A stretch of 64,000 bases of DNA, taken from the NCBI GenBank assembly GCA_947448735.1, contig CANFOS010000011.1, positions 28,874 through 92,873 of the forward strand, in the 5' to 3' direction. Below are positions 31,816 through 43,094 of this stretch, in pieces. Both the position numbers and the translations under genes were made by a program. A model generated the notes under the pieces. It was not told where the DNA came from. It was given only the letters and a program-made list of their open reading frames with translations, and made no database searches. Each line of letters starts with the position of its first letter. Positions within the stretch are counted from its first letter, which is position 1. Source of the stretch: Comamonadaceae bacterium (GTDB lineage: Bacteria > Pseudomonadota > Gammaproteobacteria > Burkholderiales > Burkholderiaceae_C).

Positions 31816-32534
31816 TGAAGCATCCATGGCTTTGGGTGGCTGCCTTGCTGGCCGCGCTGGTCATGTTTTTGCCGCATTCTGCGCCGCTTTTTAGCTACGC
31901 GTTTCCCCAGCTCGAACGCCCGGTTTACACGCAGGAGCCTTTTGCCTGGCTGCTGTGGCAACACCTGTTGTTGGTGGGCGCGTCCAGCTCGTTTTCGGTG
32001 CTGGTCGGCAGTGCCATCGGTGTCTGGGTCACGCGCCCGGCAGGCCATGCCTTCAAGCCGCTGGTTGAAAGCGTACTCGCCATGAGCCAGGCTTTCCCGC
32101 CGGTGGCCGTGCTGGCTTTAGCAGTCCCCGTGGTGGGCTTTGGCGAGCTGCCCGCGCTGCTGGCGCTAGCTTTGTATGGCTTGCTGCCGGTGGTGCAGGG
32201 TACTGTCGGCGGTTTGCAAGGTGTGCCCGCAGCCCAGCGGCAAGCGGCATTAAGCCTGGGTCTAACGCCGCGCCAGAGCTTGCGCTATGTCGACCTGCCG
32301 CTGGCCCTGCCGGTCTGGCTGTCTGGCGTGCGCACCTCGGTCATCATCAACATCGGCACAGCGGCGATTGCTTCAACGGTCGGCGCCAAAACTCTGGGCT
32401 CACCCATCATCATTGGCCTGAGCGGCTTTAACACCGCCTATGTGTTGCAAGGGGCCATGCTGGTCGCCCTGCTGGCAGTAGCAGTTGATATGGCGTTTGA
32501 AAAGCTGGCCCGCCGCGTCGCTTGGGAGCGTTGA
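31809..32534 (+). CDS. yehW: ABC permease (YehW-like)
   Basis: ERPVY, QAFPPVAVLAL, GAKTLGSPII. Confidence 0.8.
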   Translation: MVMKHPWLWVAALLAALVMFLPHSAPLFSYAFPQLERPVYTQEPFAWLLWQHLLLVGASSSFSVLVGSAIGVWVTRPAGHAFKPLVESVLAMSQAFPPVAVLALAVPVVGFGELPALLALALYGLLPVVQGTVGGLQGVPAAQRQAALSLGLTPRQSLRYVDLPLALPVWLSGVRTSVIINIGTAAIASTVGAKTLGSPIIIGLSGFNTAYVLQGAMLVALLAVAVDMAFEKLARRVAWER

Positions 32535-32537
32535 GTA

Positions 32538-32580
32538 TGCTATTGATTAAGTAGCTGCTGGCCCAATTAAATATTGGGCT
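32538..32580 (+). repeat. 43-bp element, yehW-serC intergenic
   Basis: TGCTAT-TGATTAA-GTAGC-N20-GGGCT. Confidence 0.85.
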
Positions 32581-32624
32581 GCAGGCGATTTTTGCTAAAT
32601 TTTCTGGCGAATGTTTGTCGCTGT

Positions 32625-33740
32625 TCAGGCGGTGGCTTCGCGGTAGGCCCAAGCCAGCCAGGGCAGCAGCGCGTGAAGGTCAGCGGCTTCAACTGTCGCG
32701 CCACACCAGATGCGCAGCCCGGCTGGTGCATCTTTGTAAGCGCCGATGTCATAAGCCACGCCTTGTTCGTCCAGCAGCGCGACCATCTTTTTGACCTGCG
32801 CGTCGCTGGCGGTCAGCGTCAGGCAGACGCTGGTGTTCGACACGGTGGCCGGGTCTTTGGCCAAAAACTGAATCCAGTCGTTTTGCGCCACAAATTTTTC
32901 AATCACTGCCAGGTTGGCCCGGCTTTTGGCGATCAAGCCTGGCAAGCCGCCCAGGCTGTCAGCCCATTGCAAGGCGTCGAGGTAGTCGGCCACGCACAGC
33001 ATGGATGGCGTGTTGATGGTGTCGCCCTTGAACAGCCCTTCATTGAGCTTGCCGTTGGTCGTCATGCGGAAAATTTTGGGCATCGGCCAGGGCGGGGTGT
33101 AAGTCAGCAGGCGCTCAACCGCACGCGGGCTCAAAATCAGCATGCCATGCGCGCCTTCGCCGCCCAGCACCTTTTGCCAGGAGTAGGTGATGACGTCCAG
33201 CTTGTGCCAGGGCATGTCCATCGCAAAAATGGCCGATGTGGCGTCGCAAAGCGTCAGGCCGCCCCTAGCATCAGGGATCCAGTCGCCATCGGGTACCTTG
33301 ACGCCCGAGGTGGTGCCGTTCCACACAAACACCACGTCGTTGTTGAAATCAACCCGCGCCAGGTCTGGCAAGTCACCATAGTCGGCTGTGATGACGCGGA
33401 CATCCGGCAGCTTGAGCTGCTCCAAAATATCGTTCGTCCAAGTGGCGCTGAAGGTTTCCCATTCCAGCACGTCGACACCCCGCGCACCCAGCAGTGACCA
33501 CATTGCCATTTCAATCGCACCCGTGTCAGACGCCGGCACCACAGCCACCCGGTAATCGTCAGGCAGACCCAAGATACGAGCGGTCTCAGAGCAAGCCAAA
33601 CCCAATGCTTTTTTGCCCAAGGCTGACCGGTGCGATCTGCCCAGCGTGTCCAGCTGCAATTTGCTCACGTCGTAACCAGGTCGTTTGGCGCACGGGCCTG
33701 ATGAGAAGTTGGGGTTTGTGGGTTTGAGGCTGGGTTGCAT
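32625..33740 (-). CDS. serC: Phosphoserine aminotransferase, Methanosarcina/alphaproteobacterial type
   Basis: [52 protein letters not shown]. Confidence 0.88.
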   Translation of the reverse strand: MQPSLKPTNPNFSSGPCAKRPGYDVSKLQLDTLGRSHRSALGKKALGLACSETARILGLPDDYRVAVVPASDTGAIEMAMWSLLGARGVDVLEWETFSATWTNDILEQLKLPDVRVITADYGDLPDLARVDFNNDVVFVWNGTTSGVKVPDGDWIPDARGGLTLCDATSAIFAMDMPWHKLDVITYSWQKVLGGEGAHGMLILSPRAVERLLTYTPPWPMPKIFRMTTNGKLNEGLFKGDTINTPSMLCVADYLDALQWADSLGGLPGLIAKSRANLAVIEKFVAQNDWIQFLAKDPATVSNTSVCLTLTASDAQVKKMVALLDEQGVAYDIGAYKDAPAGLRIWCGATVEAADLHALLPWLAWAYREATA

Positions 33741-34050
33741 GGGTGTTCTTGTTGAGCAGGCGGAAAACTTTCGATTCGTTCCGACGGCGTTTGCTGGTTA
33801 TCTTAGCAATTCAGCCGCTGGCGTTGGGCCGCTCTTTGTTGCACAGGCGCATGTCGGGTTATGCGTCGCTTTCCTGATCTACAGGGCTTTCATTCGTGCT
33901 CATGAATAAAGCTACAAACTTTGCGACTCACAGCATCAGACCGCATTAAGCGTCAAAAGATGCTGAGACGCGAAGGAAAATTTGGAAAATCTGAAGTTTT
34001 GTTGATCCATCACGAAGCTGCTTGCCCAAGTATCCGTTCGGCTAGAGCAG

Positions 34051-34059
34051 TTATTCACA
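34051..34059 (+). promoter_or_regulatory. DnaA-box-like site
   Basis: TTATTCACA matches TTWTNCACA. Confidence 0.35.
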
Positions 34060-34166
34060 GCCTAAAACGGTTCAAAAAGATGGCTTTAAACAAAAAATGC
34101 ACTCTTCAAACCACCTCAACCCGTTCTAACTCTCAAAACGACGTCTCACTTAAAAAACAAACTTAC

Positions 34167-34209
34167 AGCCTAATACTTACGTAGACGATTAGCTACTAAA
34201 AACGTAGCA
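34167..34209 (-). repeat. 43-bp element, downstream of the M48 peptidase gene
   Basis: TGCTAC-GTTTTTA-GTAGC-N20-AGGCT. Confidence 0.8.
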
Positions 34210-34230
34210 TTTGTAATTGATGCGGGCTTT

Positions 34231-34746
34231 TTAAACCACAGCCCAAGCCAGCTTGCCGCTGGCATCCATGTGCGTCAAGTACACGCGCAGGTCAAACTCG
34301 TACTGGTGGTATTGCGGCTCCATGTAGGTGCAGAGCTTGTAGAAGTCTTTGTCGTGCTCTTTTTCCTTGATGTGGGCCAGCTCGTGCACGGTGATCATGC
34401 GCAAAAATTCGTCGGGTACTTCTTTGAACAGTGACGACACGCGGATTTCGCGTTTGGCTTTGAGCTTGCTGCCCTGCACTCTACTGATTTGGGTGTGGGT
34501 GCCCAGGGCGTGAGCGATGACTTGCAGGCGGTTGTCAAACGCGACTTTTGCTAAAGGCTCGGAGCTGCGCAAAAACTCGTTTTTAAGTGCCATCACGTAG
34601 TCGTAAAGCGCCTTGTCGGTGCGTACGCTGTGGGCGCGCGGGTATTTTTTGAGCAGCATGTCGCCCAGCTTGTCTTGGGCCTGCAACTGCTGCACTTGCA
34701 ATTGCAGGCTCTCCGGGTAGGCGCTGAGGTATTTGAGGGGAATCAT
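34231..34746 (-). CDS. M48/YgjP-like metallopeptidase
   Basis: HELAHIKEKEH zincin motif, LKYLSAYP N-terminus. Confidence 0.85.
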   Translation of the reverse strand: MIPLKYLSAYPESLQLQVQQLQAQDKLGDMLLKKYPRAHSVRTDKALYDYVMALKNEFLRSSEPLAKVAFDNRLQVIAHALGTHTQISRVQGSKLKAKREIRVSSLFKEVPDEFLRMITVHELAHIKEKEHDKDFYKLCTYMEPQYHQYEFDLRVYLTHMDASGKLAWAVV

Positions 34747-34780
34747 GGCTTGGGCTTGGCTTGACTTTTCAAGTTCGAGA

Positions 34781-34864
34781 CGCGGAACCGGCTTTGCCGG
34801 GCCGCAGGCGGGCGGCCCCCTCGGGGGGCAGGGAGCTTGCGCGTTGTGCGCAACCGTGGGGCTA
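34781..34864 (-). repeat. REP/MITE-like hairpin repeat, family 2, copy 2
   Basis: TAGCCCCACGG...GCCCCCCGAGGGGGC...CCGGCAAAGCCGG...CCGCG, starting at the lysS stop codon. Confidence 0.85.
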
Positions 34865-36412
34865 CACCTCTCTGCGCAGGGCCGGGAACAAGATCACATC
34901 CCGAATACTCGGGCTGTCGGTCAGCAGCATCATCAGCCGGTCAATGCCCACACCACAGCCACCGGTGGGCGGCATGCCGTATTCGAGGGCGCGCACAAAG
35001 TCGTGGTCATAAAACATGGCCTCGTCGTCGCCACTGTCTTTGGCGGCGACTTGGGCGTTAAAGCGGGCGGCTTGCTCCTGGGCGTCGTTCAGCTCGCTAA
35101 AGCCGTTGCCAAATTCGCGGCCGGTGATATACAGCTCAAAGCGTTCGGTCACTTCAGGGCGTGCGTCGTTGGCGCGTGCCAGCGGCGATATTTCGGTGGG
35201 GTGCTCCATGATGAAAGTCGGCTGCCAGAGCTTTTCTTCGACCGTTTCTTCAAAAAACATCACTTGCAGGCTGGCCAGCGAGCGTGTGCTCAGGCGGTCT
35301 TTTTGTTCGTTAAAACCGAGCTTTTTCAGCTTGTCAGTCAGCCACACGGCGTCGTCTACGCCCGCATCCACGCCCAGTGCAGCGTCGGTGTGCTTCAAAA
35401 TCGCTTCGCGAATCGTCAGGCGCTCAAACGGCTGGCTTAAATCAACCGGCTTGTCGGCGTAGCTCAAGCTCAACGAGCCGCAAATTTTTTGCGCCACGTC
35501 ACGAATCAGCGACTCGGTAAAAGTCATCAAGTCCTGGTAGTTCCACCACGCGGCGTAGAACTCCATCATGGTGAACTCGGGGTTGTGCCGCACGCTGATG
35601 CCTTCGTTGCGGTAGCTGCGGTTGATTTCAAAAACGCGCTCAAAGCCGCCCACGATCAGCCGCTTCAGGTACAGCTCGGGTGCAATGCGCAAAAACATTT
35701 CCTGGTCAAGCGCGTTGTGGTGGGTTTTGAAGGGTTTGGCGTTTGCGCCACCAGGGATGGGGTGCAGCATGGGTGTTTCGACCTCTAAAAAGTCATTTGC
35801 CACCATGAATTCACGGATACCGCTGACTGCCTTGCTGCGCGACTTGAAGCGGGCTCTGGCCGACTCGTCGGTGATCAAATCCACATAGCGCTGGCGGTAC
35901 TTAACCTCTTGGTCGGCCATGCCGTGAAACTTGTCGGGAAGCGGCCGCAGGCTTTTGGTGACCAACCGGATGGCGGTGGCGTGAATCGACAGCTCGCCGG
36001 TTTTGGTTTTAAACAGCGTGCCGCTGGCCCACACAATGTCGCCCAAGTCCCAGTGTTTAAAGGCGCTGTGAACGTCTTCGCCCACGCCTTCGTTGTTGAT
36101 GTACACCTGAATGCGGCCACCCGATGGGCCAAAGGACGCATCTTGCAGCGTGGCAAAGCTGGCCTTGCCCATCACGCGCTTGAGCATCATGCGGCCGGCA
36201 ACGCTGACGGTGACAGCCAGCGGCTCCAGTTCTTCCTTGGTTTTGCTGTCGTACTGGGCAAACAGCGCTTCGGCCCGGTGCTGGGGTTTGATGTCGTTGG
36301 GGAAAGCGATGCCTGCGGCGCGCAGTGCAGTCAGCTTGTCACGCCGCTCGACCATCAACTGGTTTTCGTCTTGTGGGGTAACAGCGGAGGCGGGCGTAGA
36401 TTGGGGCGTCAT
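34862..36412 (-). CDS. lysS: Lysyl-tRNA synthetase (class II)
   Basis: [38 protein letters not shown]; start ATG 36412 (alternative TTG 36433). Confidence 0.98.
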   Translation of the reverse strand: MTPQSTPASAVTPQDENQLMVERRDKLTALRAAGIAFPNDIKPQHRAEALFAQYDSKTKEELEPLAVTVSVAGRMMLKRVMGKASFATLQDASFGPSGGRIQVYINNEGVGEDVHSAFKHWDLGDIVWASGTLFKTKTGELSIHATAIRLVTKSLRPLPDKFHGMADQEVKYRQRYVDLITDESARARFKSRSKAVSGIREFMVANDFLEVETPMLHPIPGGANAKPFKTHHNALDQEMFLRIAPELYLKRLIVGGFERVFEINRSYRNEGISVRHNPEFTMMEFYAAWWNYQDLMTFTESLIRDVAQKICGSLSLSYADKPVDLSQPFERLTIREAILKHTDAALGVDAGVDDAVWLTDKLKKLGFNEQKDRLSTRSLASLQVMFFEETVEEKLWQPTFIMEHPTEISPLARANDARPEVTERFELYITGREFGNGFSELNDAQEQAARFNAQVAAKDSGDDEAMFYDHDFVRALEYGMPPTGGCGVGIDRLMMLLTDSPSIRDVILFPALRREV

Positions 36413-36512
36413 GAGGGGCGGTCGGTTGGGCAATAAACTACTGATTTTAGGTTTTTACTGCGCGGCCGCTTCCAATCGCTCACTTCGGCGCCTTTTTAAA
36501 CCTTGATAATCC

Positions 36513-36722
36513 ATGCCATGTACTTCCATGCTGTGTTTTTCCACTTGGGTTGCGGCTGCTCAGCCGAGCCTTAGGGCGGCTATGGATGTCTCGGCCCATC
36601 TTTTTCAGGCAGGTATCTGTTTGCCATCTGGCTCTCAACTGAGCCAGGCAAAGCAAGACCGTGTGATGGATCATCTGCGTCATACATTAACAATGGGTAA
36701 AAAGAGTTATGCGATTGCGTAA
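36513..36722 (+). pseudogene. C-terminal remnant of a DegT/DnrJ/EryC1/StrS sugar aminotransferase
   Basis: VSAHLFQAGICLPSGSQLSQAKQDRVMDHL resembles the last about 45 aa of DegT-family enzymes; the rest of the gene is absent. Confidence 0.65.
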
Positions 36723-38517
36723 AGAGGCTTTGCTATTTTGGGCCATTGACATTGCGCTGGTTGGCCTGGCTTGGTGGGTGACCTTCTGGCTGCGGTTTAA
36801 CTTCGAAATTCCAGATGATTTTGTGGCGATGGCGCTTGGCAGCGCGCGCTGGATGCTGCCTTGTTTTGTTGTCGGGCTCGCCATTGCCAGGGTGTATCGG
36901 CAGGTGTGGCGCTATATTGGCCTGCCAGAGCTGCGCCAGCTCGGCTGGGGCGTTTTTCTTTCGAGCGTGATGACAGCCGCGGTGATCTTGATGCTGCGCG
37001 TGCCTTTTTTCCCGCGCTCTGTGTTGCTCATCCATCCCTTGCTGGTCTTGGTCATGCTGGGCGCTGTACGCGCAGGCTGGCGCACGTTGACTGAACACCA
37101 TAAGCCGGGCGACAGCTCAAAGCCTTTGCTGATCGTGGGTTCGCTCAAAGATGCCGCCGATGCGTTGCGCGCACTCAAAGGCTCTAGCCAGTGGCACTGC
37201 GTGGGCATTGCATCGCCGCTGGCTGCAGAGCAAGGCACTTACTTGAACCAGATTCCTGTGCTGGGCCTGCCCAGTTCGGTGGTTGAAATGGCGCAATTGA
37301 CAGGTGCCACCACCGCCCTGATTGCCAGCCCCCCGGGCTCGGATGAGCGGCGCGATGTGCTGTTGCAGTCTACCCAGGCCGGCTTGACGCTGCTGACGAT
37401 GCCCCGCCCTGATGAATGGCTGCGTGCGGACGGCAGCAGCCCGCGCAAGATCGAGCTGGAAGACTTGCTCGGCAGGCAGGCCGTCCAGCTGAATGTTCAG
37501 GGTCTGGCCTCGTTGTTTTCAGGCCAAACCGTCTTTGTGTCAGGTGCGGGTGGCTCCATCGGCTCCGAGCTTTGCCGCCAGATTGCCCGGCTGGGCGTGG
37601 CGCGGCTGGTGTGTGTGGATTCATCTGAAATTGCCGTCTACAAGCTGGAGCAGGAGCTGCGCGAATTGCATCCGCAAATGCAAGGCCTGTACTACACCGC
37701 CAATGTGCGTGAACTGGGCAGGCTGCAGGCCATTGCCATGCAGTACAAGCCAGCGGTTTTCTTTCATGCGGCAGCCTACAAGCATGTGCCTTTGATGGAG
37801 TCGCACAATGAGATCGAAGCGATTCGCACCAACATCCTGGGCACCTTGCACGCCGCGCGTATTGCCGGCGAGTGCGGGGCGCAAAAGTTTGTCTTGATAT
37901 CTACCGACAAAGCCGTCAACCCGACCAACATCATGGGCGCGACCAAGCGCATGGCCGAGCTGGTGGTGCAAAGCGTCGCGATTGAGCATCCGAACACGTC
38001 CTATGTGTCGGTACGCTTTGGCAATGTGCTGGGCTCCAGCGGTTCAGTGGTACCGCTCTTCACCGAGCAAATTGCCAAGGGCGGGCCCATCACTGTGACC
38101 CACCCTGACATCGTGCGCTACTTCATGACGATTCCTGAAGCTGCGCGTCTGGTGTTGCAGGCCGGCCTGATGGGCTCGACAGGGCAAATTTATGTGCTTG
38201 ACATGGGTGAGCCGATGAAAATCGCCGATCTTGCACGCATGATGGTTCGCCTGTCGGGCAAGACCGAGCAGGACATTCCGCTAACGTACACAGGCCTGCG
38301 CCCCGGCGAAAAGTTGTTTGAAGAGCTGCTCGCTGATGACGAAACGACCGAGCCGACCCAGCACCCCAAGCTGCGCGTGGCCAAAACATCAGGCCAGCAG
38401 GCGGTGGCGATTGACGGCGTGCTCCAGTGGATCGAGTCGGCAGGACCAGCGCCTTCCAGCCGCGACGTGCGGGCCTGGCTCTCCAGCCATTTGCCCGAAT
38501 ACAAGGCTCAGAACTAG
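36709..38517 (+). CDS. Membrane UDP-GlcNAc 4,6-dehydratase (WbpM/PglF/CapD family)
   Basis: N-terminal TMs, GAGGSIGSELCRQ, HAAAYKHVPLME, STDKAVNPTNIMGATKR, VRFGNVLGSSGSV. Confidence 0.93.
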   Translation: MRLRKEALLFWAIDIALVGLAWWVTFWLRFNFEIPDDFVAMALGSARWMLPCFVVGLAIARVYRQVWRYIGLPELRQLGWGVFLSSVMTAAVILMLRVPFFPRSVLLIHPLLVLVMLGAVRAGWRTLTEHHKPGDSSKPLLIVGSLKDAADALRALKGSSQWHCVGIASPLAAEQGTYLNQIPVLGLPSSVVEMAQLTGATTALIASPPGSDERRDVLLQSTQAGLTLLTMPRPDEWLRADGSSPRKIELEDLLGRQAVQLNVQGLASLFSGQTVFVSGAGGSIGSELCRQIARLGVARLVCVDSSEIAVYKLEQELRELHPQMQGLYYTANVRELGRLQAIAMQYKPAVFFHAAAYKHVPLMESHNEIEAIRTNILGTLHAARIAGECGAQKFVLISTDKAVNPTNIMGATKRMAELVVQSVAIEHPNTSYVSVRFGNVLGSSGSVVPLFTEQIAKGGPITVTHPDIVRYFMTIPEAARLVLQAGLMGSTGQIYVLDMGEPMKIADLARMMVRLSGKTEQDIPLTYTGLRPGEKLFEELLADDETTEPTQHPKLRVAKTSGQQAVAIDGVLQWIESAGPAPSSRDVRAWLSSHLPEYKAQN

Positions 38518-38524
38518 AGCCGGT

Positions 38525-39196
38525 TTAAAGCGCGATACCGGTTCGTTCCAGCATATCGCTCACCAGTTCGAGCCGTACCAGCGGGTTTTCGAGTTCCATC
38601 AGCCGCTGCTTGAGTTCTAGCGGCAGCGGCAGCAGCTCGCACCAGCGGTTGGCCACCCAGCCGCAATCGTCCAGCTGGTACGGCGGCGTCAAAGGCATCT
38701 GGTCTTCCGGAATGCTGCGCTGCTGCAGGCTTTTGATCAGTTTTCCAAGAGCATTGGCGCAGGCCTTCAAATCGTCTGGCACCGTCACGCTCATGTCGTT
38801 ATCGACGCGTTCCACATCCGCAATCCACAAGCCATGCTTGAGTTTTTCGCGGTTGTTGATCTTAAAGCGCTGAGCCCCTACGCAACGGATCACCATCAGC
38901 CCCGGCTGCGGTGCTGAGAACTCGGTAATCGTGGCCAGCGTGCCGGTGGCACAAAACTCTTCTACTGCAAACCCGTCTCCCGCTGGTTGACCGGTGGGTT
39001 TGTCAGACTGGGCTTTGCGCACTTCAGAGCCTGCCGTCAGCGACACCACACCAAATGGCGCGCCAGTTTTGTGGCACTTGCCAATCATGTCCAGGTAGCG
39101 CACCTCAAAAATCCGCAGCGGCAGCAAACCGCCAGGGTAGAGCACACTGCCCAGGGGAAAGAGCGGAAGGCTGGACAGCTTGAGCGTGTCAGACAT
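38525..39196 (-). CDS. LON peptidase substrate-binding domain protein
   Basis: LPLFPLGSVLYPGGLLPLRIFEVRYLDM. Confidence 0.88.
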   Translation of the reverse strand: MSDTLKLSSLPLFPLGSVLYPGGLLPLRIFEVRYLDMIGKCHKTGAPFGVVSLTAGSEVRKAQSDKPTGQPAGDGFAVEEFCATGTLATITEFSAPQPGLMVIRCVGAQRFKINNREKLKHGLWIADVERVDNDMSVTVPDDLKACANALGKLIKSLQQRSIPEDQMPLTPPYQLDDCGWVANRWCELLPLPLELKQRLMELENPLVRLELVSDMLERTGIAL

Positions 39197-39311
39197 GGGA
39201 AATGCCTCGAAAATTGCTTGAAGCGGGTTAGAAAAAGGGTTGGAGGAAAATAAAGCCCAAAAGTGCCCGACAGCATTGAAATGGCCTGTTGAGGGTGTTC
39301 TTTCGTGTTCT

Positions 39312-39354
39312 AGGCCAATGAATATGTGGGTAAAAAGCTATAAAAAAAGTAGCA
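39312..39354 (-). repeat. 43-bp element, downstream of accD
   Basis: TGCTAC-TTTTTTT-ATAGC-N20-GGCCT. Confidence 0.85.
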
Positions 39355-39365
39355 TTCCATGCTGG

Positions 39366-40237
39366 TTAAACCACCGCATCGGCAGGCTGCTTTTGCAGCA
39401 TGGCCAGCGTTGACGCAATGGTCTTGCGCAGCTCGCGGCGGTCACAAATAAAGTCAATCGCGCCCTTGGTCTGCAAAAACTCGGCGCGCTGAAAGCCTTC
39501 AGGCAAAGTCACCCGCACGGTCGATTCAATCACCCGTGGCCCTGCAAAGCCAATCAGCGCCTTCGGTTCGGCAATCACCACATCACCCACAAACGCAAAG
39601 CCAGCCGACACGCCGCCCATGGTCGGGTCGGTCAGCACACTGATGTAAGGCAAGCCTTTTTGGCCAGCCGGGTCAGCGAAGCATTGGTTTTGGCCATTTG
39701 CATCAGGCTCAGCAGGCCTTCTTGCATGCGTGCGCCACCCGTGGCGGTAAAGCAGATAAACGGTACTTTCTGCTCAATCGCCGTATGCACGCCGCGCACA
39801 AAGCGCTCACCGACCACACTGCCCATGCTGCCGCCCATAAAGTCAAACTCAAAGCAGGCTGCCACCACGCCAATGCTGTGCACTGCGCCACCCATCACAA
39901 TCAGTGCGTCCGTCTCGCCTGTGGTCTCCAGCGCATCTTTGAGACGCTCTGGGTACTTGCGGCTGTCTTTGAACTTCAACGGGTCAACCGGGATGACTTC
40001 TTGCCCCAGCTCATAGCGGCCTTCCGGGTCTAAAAAGGCATCCAGCCGGGCCCTCGCCCCAATCCGGTGGTGATGGCTGCACTGCGGGCAGACATTTTGG
40101 TTTTTTTCCAGATCGGTTTTGTACAGCACCGCCTCGCAACTCGGACATTTGATCCACAGCCCCTCTGGCACACTGCGTCGCTCGGTCGGGTCGGTGGGGG
40201 TGATTTTGGGGGGGAGGAGTTTTTCTAGCCAAGACAT
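39366..40237 (-). pseudogene. accD: Acetyl-CoA carboxylase carboxyltransferase beta, split by a 1-nt frameshift near 39657-39661
   Basis: LWIKCPSC...CPQC zinc finger and GGARMQEG in ORF 39632-40237; [16 protein letters not shown]...GFQRAEFL in ORF 39366-39653; A5 run at the junction. Confidence 0.9.
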
Positions 40238-40521
40238 GGGTTTGTCCTTACATGGATTGCGGTAAAACGTTCACCGGTACAAGCGCGATGCTGGCTCGCG
40301 CCCAACCGTTGTCAGTTTGTCATTATGACGCTGTGCCTGCGGCATCAACCGGAGCGATTTGGCATGTCGGCAAGTCCATCTTGAATGGACCTTGCCAGTA
40401 GTATCATTTAAGAGGCGTTGGGGTTCAGTGCACACATGAGGCGCTCGAACGACCTCCCAGCCCTTTGCTGGATTGGATGAAATTGCTTGTGACAAATTTT
40501 TAATGCACTTGGAGAAAAGTG

Positions 40522-40728
40522 ATGCGCAAGAAACCACTGTTGACAATTCTGACGGCCATGGCGCTTGCGCTGGTGGGCGGAACTGCTTTGGCTGGCGGTA
40601 AAGGTTCGAACTCTTCCAATGCATCAGAGGGCGATTACCGCAGTGCAAAAACCGGCCAGTACGTCAAGAAGGCTTACGCGGAAAAACACAAGAGCACCAC
40701 AGTGCGTGAAGCGCGGCAGAAAAAATAG
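40522..40728 (+). CDS. Small exported basic protein (68 aa), function unknown
   Basis: GGAG RBS, signal peptide ending TALA, mature part YRSAKTGQYVKKAYAEKHKSTTVRE. Confidence 0.7.
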   Translation: MRKKPLLTILTAMALALVGGTALAGGKGSNSSNASEGDYRSAKTGQYVKKAYAEKHKSTTVREARQKK

Positions 40729-40775
40729 CTTGAAAAAGCTCTTTTCACCCGACTTCAGTTGCCTTTTAGGCCTCC

Positions 40776-40818
40776 AGCCCCATCAAAACGTGCGAAAGCT
40801 GCTCTATCAATCGTAGCG
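40776..40818 (-). repeat. 43-bp element, downstream of trpA
   Basis: CGCTAC-GATTGAT-AGAGC-N20-GGGCT. Confidence 0.8.
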
Positions 40819-40971
40819 ACTGAAGCGCGAACGATTCCAGGAATTCGTATTTTCGGGATGACGTGCCAGCCGTACGAAGCGCAGCACGTCTTCACGCGCA
40901 CCAGCAGTTGAGGATGGCAAGCACCACTCAATGAGGCCATGCGTCCGAAAAATGAATTTGCGGACCTGCCC

Positions 40972-41789
40972 TCAAGAATCCAGCGCCACCCGAATCTCCG
41001 CCAAGAAGTCGTGCGCCACGCCAGCGACATTGCCCCTCGGTGCGTTTTCAATCAGCTGGATGATCTTGCTGCCGATCACGACCGCATCAGCAACCTGTCC
41101 CACCACCTTGGCCGTTGCCGCGTCGCGGATGCCAAAGCCTACGCCGACGGGAATGCTGACGTGCTGGCGGATACGGGGCAACATGGCCTCTACTGCGCCT
41201 GTGTCCAGGTTGCCTGCGCCGGTGACACCTTTGAGCGACACGTAGTACACGTAGCCGCTGGCCACGCGGGCGACCTGGGCCATGCGCTCATCTGTGCTGG
41301 TGGGGGCCAGCAAGAAGATCAGGTCCATGCTGTGGGCGCGCAGGCTGGCAGCAAAGGCTTCGCATTCTTCAGGCGGGTAGTCGACGATCAGCATGCCGTC
41401 GACGCCTGCTTCTGATGCGTGTTTGATAAAACTGCCCGCGCCGTTTTTGATCTCGTAACGCTCGACCGGATTGGCGTAGCCCATCAGCACGACGGGCGTG
41501 GTTTTGTCTTGCGTTCTGAAGTCGGTGACCATGTCCAAAACCTTGGCCAGGCCAATGCCGAGGGCCAGTGCTTTTTCACCGGCTTTTTGAATCACCGGGC
41601 CGTCGGCGCTGGGGTCTGAGAAGGGGACGCCAAGTTCAATCACATCCGCCCCGGCGCTGACCATGCCGTGCATCAGTTCGGGGGTGACGTCGGCATACGG
41701 AAAGCCAGCCATCACGTACGGGATCAGCGCAGTTTTGTTTTGCGCTTTGAGCTTTGAGAGTGTGGTTTGAATGCGGGTCATGTTGCCGT

Positions 41790-41793
<4 letters not shown>
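40972..41793 (-). CDS. trpA: Tryptophan synthase alpha chain
   Basis: [32 protein letters not shown]; start may be 41781. Confidence 0.98.

Positions 41794-43071
<1,278 letters not shown>

Positions 43072-43094
<23 letters not shown>

Noticed and set aside
33880-33928. Possible degenerate element upstream of serC
   Set aside because: One palindrome arm and the distal box both fail to match.
40755-40940. Minus-strand ORF fragment (VKTCCASYGWHV) as a REP-associated transposase remnant
   Set aside because: There is no HUH motif and the resemblance is too weak; part of it is just the 43-bp element.
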